DNA of 64,000 nt, from assembly GCA_951406725.2 (NCBI GenBank), contig OX597820.1, positions 67,084,001 through 67,148,000 on the forward strand. Reading direction: 5' to 3'. The translations under genes and the position numbers were made by a program. The notes below the pieces were generated by a model. The model saw nothing but the letters and a program-made list of their open reading frames with translations, made no database searches and was not told the origin of the DNA. The number at the start of each line of letters is the position of its first letter. Positions within the stretch are counted from its first letter, which is position 1. Shown one piece after another: positions 1-15,721 of the stretch. Source of the stretch: Octopus vulgaris. Lineage: Eukaryota.

Positions 1-365
1 GTCCATCACTGGAACTGTAAAAATCTGTAAAATTTCCAGACGCTAATCATTTAAGTATATATGAGCATATCTATATATATATTTAAGCATATATGAGCAT
101 AAAGGCGACGAGCTGGCAGAATCGTTAGCACGCCGGGCGAAATGCGTAGCCGTATTTCGTCTGCCGGTACGTTCTGAGTTCAAATTCCGCCGAGGTCGAC
201 TTTGCCTTTCATCCTTTCGGGATCGATAAATTAAGTAGCAGTTAAGTGGGTAGTATATATATATATAAGCATGTCTAGATATATAACTATATGTAAGAAA
301 ATAAACACATAAAACATACAAATCTGCACATACATACGTACATACATACATACGAACAAAAATAC
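1..365 (+). mobile_element. R4/Dong-clade LINE 3' end (ORF terminus and 3'UTR), interrupted by a SINE-A
   Basis: 1-60 matches the ORF end at 1500-1570 (ITGTVKICK..). The 3'UTR motif aaaacatacaaatctgcacatacatac is shared with 1890-1925 and 63940-63980 (-). Confidence 0.7.
103..245 (+). mobile_element. tRNA-derived SINE family A (3' truncated)
   Basis: Head ggcgacgagctggcagaatcgttagc, B-box gagttcaaattcc, and central gtcgactttgcctttcatcctttcgggatcgataaa (Nin/Deu-like domain, from recall). More than 10 copies in the window. Confidence 0.85.
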
Positions 366-366
366 C

Positions 367-778
367 CTTTTACTCTTTTATTCTTTTACTTGTTTCAGTC
401 ATGTGACTGTGGCCATGCTGGAACACCGCCTTTAGTCGACCCCAGGACTTATTCTTTGTAAGCCTAGTACTTACTCTATCGGTCTATTTTGCCGAACCGC
501 AAAGTTACGGGGACGTAAACACACCAGCATCGGTTGTCAAGTGATGTGGGGGGGGGGGGGCAAACACAGACGCAAAAATATACACACACACACATATGGA
601 CATATACATATATACGACGGGCTTCTTTCAGTTTCCGTCTACCAAATCCACTCACAAGGCTTTGGTCGGCCCGAGGCTATAGTAGAAGACACTTACCCAA
701 GGTGCCACGCAGTGGAACTGAACCCGGAACAATGTGGCTGGTAAGCAAGCTACTAACCACACAGCCACTCCTATGCCT
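367..778 (-). mobile_element. tRNA-derived SINE family B, full length
   Basis: Reverse complement matches 28795-29228: A/B-box head, internal (TA)/(TG) tract, tail ..gactgaaacaagtaaaag. Inserted in the Dong 3'UTR. Confidence 0.9.
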
Positions 779-1135
779 GTTGTTGATGTTAAAATTCCAA
801 TGAAGGAACCTTGAATCTAGGTTAGAAACTGGTTCTTTCTCTATTGGCAAGAAATTTTGAGATAAACTGAATAATGACATACATACATGAATACCTACGC
901 TGAACTATTGAGGAATCTACAGCTATTCTATCTAGATACTTGTTGTTGATGTTGAAATTAGGATGAAGAAACCTTGGATCTAGGTTAGAAGCCAGTTGTT
1001 TTTTCTATTGGCCAGAAATCTTGAAATAAACTGTATAATGCCATACATACATACATACATACGTACATACGTACATACATACATACATACATACATACAT
1101 ACATACATACATACATACATACATACATGCATGCA
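779..1135 (+). mobile_element. Two R4/Dong 3' termini, each ending in (CATA)n
   Basis: A ~100-bp unit gttgttgatgttgaaatt..ggttagaaac..ggcaagaaatcttga..ataatgacatacatac occurs at 779-890 and 942-1135, and also at 1941-2060 and 63505-63610 (-). Confidence 0.7.
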
Positions 1136-1139
1136 TACT

Positions 1140-2060
1140 TAAGCCACAGCAACTCCTTATAAAAAAGGAGTACTGGTGGAATGTCGCGGTGAAAACCTCA
1201 ATAAAAGCCTTGTGAGTGGATTTGGTAAACACAATAGACCTGACATAGTAATTTGGGACAGAGAAGAGAAATTGCGTACAATTGTGGAAATCAGCTGCCC
1301 AGCAGATATTAACATAAAGCTAAAAATCAGCGAAAAAGAGAATACCTACACTAAACTATTGAGGAATCTACAGCCACTCTATTCAGGTTACAAGTTCATG
1401 TTTATACCTTAATTATTTGGGTACTGGGTTATGCAGCCAATCTTGAGAAATTAGGATTCTCGAAAACATAAAGGAGGAAGCTGATTCGAAGACTCCAGAT
1501 CCAAGACATCACTGGAACTGTAAAATCTGTAAAACTTTCCAGAAGTTTATCATTTAAGTATATATGAGCATGTTTAGCCATGCAACCAGTGGTGGACTGG
1601 CCAGGTTGCCAGATTGCCAGATTGCCCAATGGCAAGTGGGCCCCTGCGCCATTAGAATCCATATATGGGGGCCCATGTTAGTATTTAAGGGGCCCATCCC
1701 CTCAAGTTTGAGAATTTTTGATTCACTCCTAGAAGATGGCATTAATTATTTCAGACGAGCTGTGTTTGTAGACTGTTGAAAAGAATACTTTTAACAAAAA
1801 AAATGCGGATGAGCCCCCTTAGCTCTTGGCAACTAAAATTTTTCGACCCAGTTCGCCACTGCATGCAACTATATGCATGATACATACATAAAAAAAACAT
1901 ACAAATCTGCACATATACATACATATATGCAAAAATACCTTGTTGTTGGTGTTGAAATTCCGATGAAGGAGCCTTGGATCTAGGTTAGAAACCAGCTCTT
2001 TCTCTATCGGCAAGAAATCTTGAGCTAAAACTGAATAATGACATACATACATACATACAT
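1140..2060 (+). mobile_element. R4/Dong-clade LINE fragment: restriction-like endonuclease domain, 3'UTR and (CATA)n tail
   Basis: Translates EYWWNVAVKTS..KHNRPDIVIWDREEK..IVEISCPADINIKLKISEKENTY..LQIQDITGTVK, the PD-(D/E)xK RLE signature, with stops and frameshifts. Confidence 0.85.
1587..1861. mobile_element. hAT-type MITE
   Basis: TIRs CAGTGGTGGACTGG / CCAGTTCGCCACTG (12/14 match) and a perfect 8-bp TSD CATGCAAC (1579-1586, 1862-1869). Confidence 0.9.
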
Positions 2061-2065
2061 TTCCT

Positions 2066-2385
2066 GGCACTCCGTCGGTTACGACGACGAGTGTTCTAGT
2101 TGATCCGAGTGTTCTAATTGTTATGAAATTAATTTGCATGTGACTGAGCACTCCACGGACACACGTACCCTTAACGTAGTTCTCGGGGAAACCCAGCGTG
2201 ACACAGAGTGTGACAAGGCTGGCCCTTTGAATTACAGGTACAACTCATTATTGCTACCTGAATGGACAGGAGCAACATGAAATAAAGTGTCTTGCTCAAG
2301 AACACAACGCGCTGCCGCGAATCAAAATCACAACTTTACAATCGAGAGCCGAATACCCTAGACCACTATGTCACCGTCTTCACTA
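2066..2385 (-). mobile_element. SINE family C (tRNA head, CORE-like domain, tail T1), diverged
   Basis: Reverse complement aligns to 43008-43323. Confidence 0.8.
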
Positions 2386-2423
2386 CTTGCATACATATAC
2401 ACATATGTAATACATAAGTTTGT

Positions 2424-2782
2424 GTGGAGGCATAATGGCCCAGTGGTTAGGGCAGCGGACTCGCGGTCGTAGGTTCGCGGTTTCGATTACCAGACCGGGT
2501 ATTGTAAGTGTTTATTGAGTGAAAATATCTAATGCTCCACGAAGCTCCGGCAGGAGGTGGTGGCGAATCCTGCTGTAATCTTTATTAACAACTTTCTCTC
2601 ACTCTTTCTTCCTGTTTCTGTTGTACCTGTATTTCAAAGGGCCAGCCTGGTCACACTCTGTGTCACGCTGAAGGGTACACGTGTCTGTGGAGTGCTCAGC
2701 CACATGCACGTTAATTTCACGAGCAGACTGTTCCGTTGATCGGATCAACTGGTACCCTCGTCGTTGTAACCGACGGAGTACC
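2424..2782 (+). mobile_element. SINE family E with tail T1
   Basis: Head gtggaggc.taatggcccagtggttagggcagcggactcgcgg with B-box ggtttcgatt. 3' tail shared with family C. Confidence 0.85.
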
Positions 2783-3298
2783 ACGACACACATTTGTGCG
2801 TATACACACACACACACACACACACTCATATACATACATGTACACACTTGATTTGGTTGTTATTTCTAGAGGATCCAGCTACCTTGTACAGGCTCACATA
2901 ATGATTTATTTTTTACCCTGGCTTTGATAATATGTTAGAAAACAATAACTTATCATTGCCAATAATGTTCGTTTATTGGGGCTGTTTTCTGGTTAATGAG
3001 TTTTTTGATAACGCATTCGTCAATTCTCTCTACTTTGAGTGCATTCGGTTCATGTAATATTATTTGTTCGTGATTTATTTCTATTTACGAAGATGTTTTG
3101 CATGCTGTTTCGTTTATTGTATCACGTTGGTTTAAGTATTGTATAATTTGGTTTGCCAACTTATTTTTCTATAACCTATTCATTTCTGTCGACGAGCAGT
3201 GCTGGTTTTGTGAAAGTGCACCTGAATGCCCTGATATATCTCTCTCTCTCTCTCTCTTCCATTCTCTCTCTCTCTCTACCATTCTCTCTCGCTCCCTT

Positions 3299-3343
<45 letters not shown>

Positions 3344-3349
3344 ATGTAT

Positions 3350-3383
<34 letters not shown>

Positions 3384-3435
3384 CCATCTCTTTCTCGCTG
3401 TCTCTGTTGTGTGTGTATGTGTGTACGTGTATGCC

Positions 3436-3468
<33 letters not shown>

Positions 3469-3549
3469 GTGTAAGCGTGTGTGTATGTGTGTGTGTGTGT
3501 GCATTTGTTCATTTGTCTTTCTTCTATCGATGCATGGTTATGTTTTCAG

Positions 3550-3580
<31 letters not shown>

Positions 3581-4017
3581 GGGAAACATTATTTTCTGTA
3601 TAAAATACGAAAATTTGCAAGCGACATGAAATGTGTACAGGAACGTTAACGAACCATCATTTTTTACACATTCTCCCAGCCACTTATAGGCTTCCTTAGT
3701 TTTCTCGTGATTTGTACAAATTTCATCTCATTGGCTGAATATAATTTTCTTCAGATAAACTGTCCTTTATTCTATTTATTCATTTAGCGAACCGTTAGTA
3801 TATGCTCTCCTAGCACTTGTATGTGCGCATAGTCTGCTTGTTGTTAGCTGATCACTTTTCAGCATGTTGTGCGAATTTAATATTCTTCAGAAAATAGTTC
3901 TTTATTCAATTAGTTCATATTGAAACCAGTTCGTATATGGGCAACCTACTGAATATCTGAATGTAATTAGTTTACTTAAATATTTGCTTAGTTGGGATTA
4001 ACGGAGGATCTTGCCTC

Positions 4018-4460
4018 TCACACTATAGAAGTATTTCTCGTGGCAGCAGCAGGCAAAATGGAAAAGGCGTTGCCACGGCGGATAGCGAGGGAGATGTGCT
4101 GGAACAGACACTCTGACTCAAGGGGCTCGCATTTACGGGCAGCAATCTCTGCCCCGATAGCGGTGAATAGGGATATTGTCCGGGGTCCAAAAACGCTGGA
4201 GGTCTCAACTGCCACAGGCTCGACCATGAAGCTGTCTGTGAGCGACCGATACCTCGACAGTTTGGTTTTCTCAGGCGGTCGAGCAGCGGAGCCTGGGTTG
4301 GTAGTTGCTGCTGAAGGTGTCACTGCATGTGACATCTCAGAGGAAGAGCCTATGACCACGGAACGGGAAAATTATAATATCGTCCGGCTCTTTTACCGTC
4401 CCTTCGGTCTAGCCCCGCTGGCTCGAGCTGGGAAGGGAAGCCTGTTGCGTCTAGGCTATA
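4018..4460 (-). mobile_element. CRE-like non-LTR retrotransposon RLE fragment (degenerate)
   Basis: Across frameshifts: GFPSQLEPAGLDRRDGKR/PD../FPFRGHRLFL*DVTCSDTF/..KLSRYRSL..VEPVAVETSSVFGP..FQHISLAIRRGNAFSIL. Confidence 0.8.
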
Positions 4461-5324
4461 TTTTATGAATGTAATATGTAAAATAAGAAAGAACAAAAAA
4501 AGAAACGTAAAGAAAACAAGATGAATAGTCATGGCTTGAATAACGGTAGAATTGTATATGTTCGTCACAGAGAAATATTTTCTATAGGAAACATAATAAA
4601 ATAAAACCAAAAAATGTGGATCGTCACTGTTCGGTTGTCTAACAGAGGTCATGTGTACTATAATGGGTTTGCTCGATCACTGGTCTGACCTGGGGTTACA
4701 CAGCAACAACAGCAGCAGCAACATTTGTTTTGTTCCCCCCACTACCACCACCACCACATATAAAGACTTACAGCTAAATCGAAACCTTCTGGGTATTGTT
4801 TTTTTTTTGGTTTTTGGTTTTTGGTTTTTTTTCATTCCTTTTCTTTTCTCTCGTAAATGTTTAGCCAAAGATTTTATTTTGATATTGTGTGTTTGAAACT
4901 GATATTGTTACTTTTAGGTAGCGTCAAATTAGCCATTTATTAAAGACAGTTAATGAGAAAGAAAGAAAGAAAGAAAGAACGAAAAAACAAAATGAGAGAA
5001 AAAAAAGCGGGAAAAGAGGAAGAACGTAAGAGGAGTCTGAAGTAGAATACCAGCCGTTCGCCTGTTGGTGTCGGTCGGTAGGTGTACACGATGTATGAAA
5101 TTGATGATGTTAACTGGAAGAACGACTCAAAGAATAAACTCACCAAAGCGTATGTTTAATAAATAGCCAATATATGACTTCAACAAAATGAAATAACAAA
5201 TTCTTCAGAGAATTACCATTATTTTTTTGACCGAAATAATTCACTTGTAGAAAAATATATTTTTATCGTACCTATTTTCATATTTAAAAAAAAAAAAAAA
5301 TTATATTTTCATACTTCTTTTCGC

Positions 5325-6015
<691 letters not shown>

Positions 6016-6369
6016 TCTTTAGGGTACTACTGGTTTTTTACTCAAGACAAAAAAAAAAAAAGATGGGATTCTCATCTTTTCTTACAGAGTTTTCTTTGTT
6101 ACTTCTTTCGTTCACGATTGGATGCCTCTTCACGGTGGAATGAATCTTCATAATGCCGAAAACTCTTCATTTAGATTACTACCTACTTTCTAGACAATGC
6201 CAAAAAATATGGTACAGCAAGAACATAGAATAACGCGACTATTCCAAAGAAATTAATATCTCTTACATTACATTACGCATGATATTTCAGAGAAGGAGTA
6301 TTTCTAAAGAGATGAGAATTGAGATGCTGTATCTTTCATGCATTTCTATTTAACACACACACACGCACG

Positions 6370-6424
<55 letters not shown>

Positions 6425-6433
6425 GCACGCACG

Positions 6434-6483
<50 letters not shown>

Positions 6484-6492
6484 GTAATGCTA

Positions 6493-7570
<1,078 letters not shown>

Positions 7571-7611
7571 AAGTAAAAAAATAACTGAGAATAATAATTT
7601 TAACAAACCTG

Positions 7612-8010
7612 GGTCTTGAACTAGCAGAAACGTTAGCACGCCGGGCGAAATGCTTTGCGGTATTTCGTCTGCCGTTACGTTCCGAGTTCAAATTCCGCCG
7701 AGGTCGACTTTGCCTTTCATCCTTTCGGGGTCAATTAAATAAGTACCAGTTACGCACTGAGGTCGATATAATCGACTTAATCCGTTTGTCTGTCCTTGTT
7801 TGTCCTCTCTGTGTTTAGCCCCTTGTGGGTAGTAAAGAAATAGGTATTTCGTTTGTCTTTACGTTCTGAGTTCAAATTCTGCAGAGGTACACTTAGCCAT
7901 TCATCCTTTCGGGGTCGATAAATTAAGTGCCAGTTGCGTACTGGGGTCGACCTAAACGACTGGCCCCCTCCCCCAAAATTTCGGGCCTTGTGCCTAGAGT
8001 AGAAAAGATT
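7612..8010 (+). mobile_element. SINE-A with an internal 184-bp tandem duplication
   Basis: The unit restarts at ggtatttcg at 7659 and 7843. The second unit carries an alternative tail. Confidence 0.85.
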
Positions 8011-8767
8011 CTAAGGAGAGGAAACAGTAAAAGCGTTCGAGCGTCGGACAAAATGGGGGCCTTGGAATAAACAAAATATGACGAGAGCCAGTGAGTGATT
8101 TCCTCTAACGAGACTGAGTCTGTCTTTAAATGGAAGGATACATTGGATAATGTAGTCCCAGTTACATTTATCTGAGGAACAGACGAGATAGTCGTGGCTG
8201 AAACTCCTTTGATTAAAAGATCGGGTAGATGACAGCTGAGCTATAGCTAGACACCTACAGAACTAAATAATGAGGCAGCCTCAATGCAGTCGCTGGAAAT
8301 GCTAGAAATAACAACTCCGGAAGGGTGAAGAGAAAGACAAAGTCGGTTTCGTTAGGATTTGAACTCAGGATGTAAAAAGCCGGAACACATACCGCAATGC
8401 ATTTTGTTAACTGGTGCTTAGTGCGACACTTTCGCTCTCTCTCTAGCTGCGAAACCTTGGCAACTCCGCTGAGTGAAGACTGGAAAAGCCGAGATAAACT
8501 CTGAAACGGCTCGCGATGACATGGACACCAAAAAGTATGAACAACAGTTATGATGCAGTCAGACACCAAGCAATACTTAACTGTGAGCGGCTGTGGACCT
8601 CAATGTGAACCTCAATGTAGGTTCAACGACTGTGAACTCAATGTAGTCACAAGCTCTGCTGAGAATAACGGCCAAATATCTTTCAAATCTCACTCTATTT
8701 TTTTAAAAACAAGATCATATTAGGTGGTGATGTATCTAATATACAAAAGTCACCAGAAGGTGATTTT

Positions 8768-8960
8768 TGTGGCGGTGAGGTGGCTTGTGTGCCTCTGTGG
8801 CGGTGAGGTGGCTTGTGTGCCTCAGTGGCAGTGAGAGCTACTCCAGTTGAGTACAAGTTCTTGGTTGGGTCCTCTATGTTGGATAGACCCGATTAAAATG
8901 GACCACACTTTCCCAAAAGTAAAAAATGGGTTTGCATAGGGCCAACAGCTCTACCTAGAA
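8768..8960 (+). mobile_element. Possible RTE-type LINE 5'UTR relic with a 28-bp tandem duplication
   Basis: tgtggcggtgaggtggcttgtgtgcctc x2, followed by gagagcta. Resemblance to RTE/BovB 5' ends is from recall only. Confidence 0.35.
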
Positions 8961-9140
8961 AAAGTAAAGTTGAATTGTTCGAACGTTGGATTAAATCTGA
9001 GTTCAGATTTAGTCTTTTATCATCTGCTTCCTCCGTGAGGGAAAACGGGGGCTAGTGGGGGCATTGAAATCCAGGCGTCACACTGATAAACCACCATTAT
9101 TAGACTGAACAACAAGTAAACTGGTGCATTATTTCAGTAG

Positions 9141-11400
<2,260 letters not shown>

Positions 11401-11407
11401 ATGAGGT

Positions 11408-11443
<36 letters not shown>

Positions 11444-11477
11444 ACACACACAAACACACACACACACACACAAATGT

Positions 11478-11672
11478 GACCGCGTGTGTACCGTTGGCGA
11501 TTTTTTTCCCTCTGTCTTCCCTTCTCTGGATCTCTCCTTCTCCTATGTTTCCGACGAAGAGCTCCGCTCGAAACGTTAAACCCTCCTTCTTTCCTGAGCG
11601 TCCAATAATACTATATTTGTTCCACGTCCTCGCGTTGTTGTGTTTTTTTGTGCTTTCTTGTTTGGATTAACT
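11478..11672 (+). mobile_element. Penelope-like LTR-derived short element (family P)
   Basis: Highly similar to 55189-55395 and related to 16683-16980 (-) and 28575-28760 (-). Contains a hammerhead motif. Confidence 0.7.
11547..11581 (+). ncRNA. Minimal type I hammerhead ribozyme motif
   Basis: GUUU-CCGACGA(A)-GAGC ucc GCUC-GAAA-C GUU-AAAC: stem I GUUU/AAAC, stem II GAGC/GCUC, palindromic ACGU stem III. Confidence 0.7.
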
Positions 11673-11789
11673 ATACATACAGATATATGTATGTATGTAT
11701 ATATATATACTTAAATTAAATTTAGAGATATTCAATTGACAATATATATATATATTCTTATTTGGTAATGAAGATTTATGATCAATGAA

Positions 11790-13795
11790 GAAGGAAAAGG
11801 AGACGAAGGAGGAAGAGGAAGGGGAGGAGGAGGGGATAGAAGGTAGCGTTATGGGGAGAAAGAAGGGGAGATGAAGAAGTAGGTGGGGTGGTGGAGGAGG
11901 CGGAGGAAGAGAAGAGGGAGGCGGAGCGGGGCGGAGGAGGAGGAGGGAAGGCATTGAGGGAGAATGGGAGAATAGGAGGAAGAGGAGGAGAGGGAGGAGA
12001 GGGAGGAAGAGAGGGAAAGGGACGAGGAGAGGGAGGAGGAAGAAGTGACGGAGGAGGAAGAAAAGGCGGAGGGGGACGAGAAGACTACTACAACGCAAGG
12101 AGAATACGACTACTACTACTACTACTACTACTACTACAGACACCTACACAAATTTGATTTTACGTGTCGTATGTCCTGCTATTACTACGAAACCAAAATC
12201 AAAGCCACTGTCTCCATCACCAATGCCCCCACCACCATCACTATTTCCACTACTACCACCGCCAACACCACAACCATTAACATAACTGCCATGTCCACTC
12301 ACACTACCCCCCACTATTACTAATACTATTACAAATACTATTACCATCACCATCAACGCCACTGCTTCCACCACCGCCACCTCTATAAAAGGCCACACCG
12401 CACACATACACACCACTTCCACATTTCTCCACACCATCATCATCACCACCACCACCACCATCGCTACTAAGAATGTCACCATCACCACCGCCGCTACAGC
12501 TACCAAGATCACCGCCTCCACCACTACCATCACTGCTAACATACAACCATCAACACCACCACTGCTACTAAAGCACCATCAACACCACCACCACCACCAC
12601 CACCACCATCGCTACCTAGACCACCGCTAGCACCACTACCATCAGTACTAAGACTGCTGCTACCACCACCACCGCTACCAAGACCACGTCTCACACAGAC
12701 ACTAGCATCACCACCGCCTCCTCTCCTCCACTCCATCACCACCACCACTGCTACAAAGACCACCATCGGCACCACTACCATCAATACTAAGACCACTGCC
12801 ACCACCACTACCGTCACCACCACCACCACTACCGCTACCAAGACCACGTCTCACACAGACACCAGCATCACCACCGCCTCCTCTCCTCCACTCCATCACC
12901 ACCACCACCCGCACTTCTCTCAACACTTTATACCCTGCTACCCGTTAAACCACTCCGCCATACGCTGGTAACATTGTCGTGTTATTGACACCCATTGTAC
13001 TAAATGTGATGCCTCCATATATCGATCTTACCTCCATCGCTATCGCAGCTACCGCACTTGGTGCTGTCGTCTCTGTCGCTGTTGTTGATGTCGTTGCTAT
13101 TACAGACTTCGTTGCTGCAATTGGTGCCGTTGCTATTGCTGCGACTGTTGCTATTGTTGCTGTTGCGCTTATAATTGCTGCTGATACTGTTGTTGTAGTT
13201 GTTGCTGTTGTAGTTGTTGCTGTTGTCGTTGTTGCTATCGATGTTACTGCTCTTGTTGCTGTTGTCGCTATTACAGACTTTGTCGTTGCTATTGCTGCGA
13301 CTATTGCTATTGTTGTTGCTGTTGCGCTTATAATTGCTGTTGATACTGTTGTTGGTGATATCGTTGTTGCAATCGATGTTGCTGCTCTTGTTATTGCCAT
13401 TGCTATTGGTGCCGTTGCTATTGCTGCGACTGTTGCTATTGTCGTTGCTGTTACACTTGTAACTGCTGCTGATACTGTTGTTGTTGTTGTTGTTGTTGTT
13501 GCTATAATCACTGTTATAACCGCTATTATTGCTGTTGTTGCTATTGATGCTGTTGTTCATGTTGTCGCTGTTCCTTCTGCTGTTGCTGTTGCTGTTGTCG
13601 TTGTTGCTATTGCTGTTGCTAAAGCTGCTGTAGTTCTTACTGTCGCAACCTCTACTGTTGCTGTTGTTGCTATTGATATTGCTGCTGTCAATGTTGTTAT
13701 TGGTGCTGCTGTTGCCTTTGCTGTTGTCGCCACTGTTGCTGCTGTTGTTGTTATTGTTGTTATAACTGTTGCTGTTGCTGTTGCTGTTGCTGCTG
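11790..13795. repeat. Low-complexity cryptic triplet repeats (GGA, ACT, ACC, GTT/GCT) with internal duplications
   Basis: An ~86-bp duplicate at 12662-12748 / 12824-12909 and repeated gttgctattacagactt blocks. Confidence 0.85.
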
Positions 13796-14157
13796 TTAAA
13801 CGAAGCGGTCTTCGTCCCAGAATGGGAGAAGTCCGAAACGTGGTCCTTTGCTATTCGTAAGACCCGCAGAAGAGAAAGCAGGTCAACCTCCGACATTGAG
13901 AGCATCGACGGATGGATGAATGCGCATCCAGGCTCACCGGTTGCGTAGGAAGTCGGGGATAAGAAACAGGAAGAAAGAGTGAGAGAAAGTTGGAGCGAAA
14001 GAGTACAACAGGGGTCGCCACCACCTCCTGCCGCAGCCTCGTGCAGCTTTAGGTGTTTTCGCTCGATAAACACACACAACGCCCGGTCTGGGAATCGAAA
14101 CCGCGATCTTCCGACCGCGAGTCCGCTGCCCTAACCATTGGGCCATTGCGCCTCCAC
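13795..14157 (-). mobile_element. SINE family E with alternative tail T2
   Basis: Same head and body as 22120-22507 but an unrelated 3' ~170 bp, ending in a (CAG/CAA)n array. Confidence 0.85.
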
Positions 14158-14517
14158 TGCTGTTGCTGTTGTTGTTGCTACTGTAGTTGTTGTTGCTGCT
14201 ACTGCTGCTGCTGATGCTGCTGTTGCCATTGTTGCTGCTACTACTGCTGCTGCTGCTGCTGTAATTAACAACGTTTTTGTTGTTATGGTTACTGTTGTGG
14301 CTGTTGTTGCTTTTGTCGTTATTATGTAGCATAACGTCAACTTTGATCCAGTAGACCTAAAACGTTCCAGCCGTGGCCATCCAACTGTTTGTATATCAAT
14401 CTGACTTTATTGTGTAATGATTCCTAACATTGGCACAAAGTCATTCGTTTTGCGAGGGTACAGAGGGTTGAGAGTAAGCTGTGATTCAGTCGTCCGAATC
14501 AGTTATCCTTCATTGAT

Positions 14518-14909
14518 AGAATGGGACGATTGGACGTAGCTGTTTCGGCGCTAAAATTTGACACGGTTGACTGGACATTCAGCTTGTTTTGGCGACAGTA
14601 CGTTTTGGCACTGAAGGCAAACATACACAATCGCACGGAGAAACATACGCACACACAGAAATAGTGAGAGATAGAAAAGAGGAAAGAGAGAGAGATTAAA
14701 ATTTATTAATTAAACACGATTGACATAGACTCTTCCCTCTCCTCATATATAAACATTATCACACTCGTAAACAGAGAGACAGAGAGAGAAAGGGGTGTGT
14801 GAGAGAGATCAAGAGGAACATTAAAAAGTCGGATGTCACATAAGTCAGCGTCGAATCAGCAACGCCAAATAAGAGCGCTAAAACAGCTATGCCAAAACGT
14901 CTCATACCT
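14518..14909. mobile_element. Non-autonomous TIR DNA transposon (Mutator-like?)
   Basis: Imperfect ~33-bp TIRs atgggacgattggacgtagctgtttcggcgct / agcgctaaaacagctatgccaaaacgtctcat. Both flanks share tcattga (degenerate TSD). Confidence 0.55.
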
Positions 14910-15721
14910 TCTCATTGACTGTAATTAAGTGTGCGTCTGTGTTTGTGTGTACGCGTGTAAATATGTTTGTGTGTGAGTGTATGTATGTGCACGCGCGCGC
15001 GTGTATGTACGTTCATGTGTGCAGGTACTTCAAAAGAGAAAAGTTGAAATGAATTGGTCCTTATTTGGGACAAAGCTGAGAACTTCTAATAGTTTATCTA
15101 TTCATCCTTAATACGTTTTAGCAGATTCGAACGCAAATAGCTGATCGCTGCTGTTTTCATCATCAGGTAACACCTCCTTCCTTTAGACGATGTGAATACA
15201 TAACCCAGGTGATTGAATGGCGTAAAGGGACTTTGTGACACCGCTGCGTTTCGGCTTAATTGGTGCATCTCTTCAGTTAAATCCAACCAGACTAGAGCTC
15301 GAGATCCTGCTTATATGAATCAGCAAACAACCATTTCCTGGCGTGTGTTAATGCCTGTCAAGTAGATAAATAATTCATGGAAAGCTCACAGAAAAGAGAT
15401 AATCTAAACAACTACGTTTCTATTGATTCTCAGTGCGTTCTGGCAGACTCGAACGTCGGTATCTTTCTAAATGCGTTTGTGTGGCTACAATACCCCTACA
15501 TAGAAAAAAAAAACAATAAAATTTACCGAAGTATCGATGACATTTCAAAACCAACGAGACCTAAGAAAGGAGAAGACAGCTCCGAGTCAAGAACATTAGA
15601 GATAGACCCCTCTTTAGGGATCGAAATGTTTAAGCAAGTAATTTTATCAATTTCAGAAGAATAAAAGATAAAATTGACACAAGTGGGATTCGAAATCAGA
15701 AACTAAGCGATTGAATTATAT

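Noticed and set aside
12945-14340. 293-aa Val/Ala/Ile and 359-aa Asn/Ser ORFs resembling membrane or antifreeze proteins
   Set aside because: Cryptic GTT/GCT triplet repeat, open on both strands, running into a SINE, with no splice or domain evidence.
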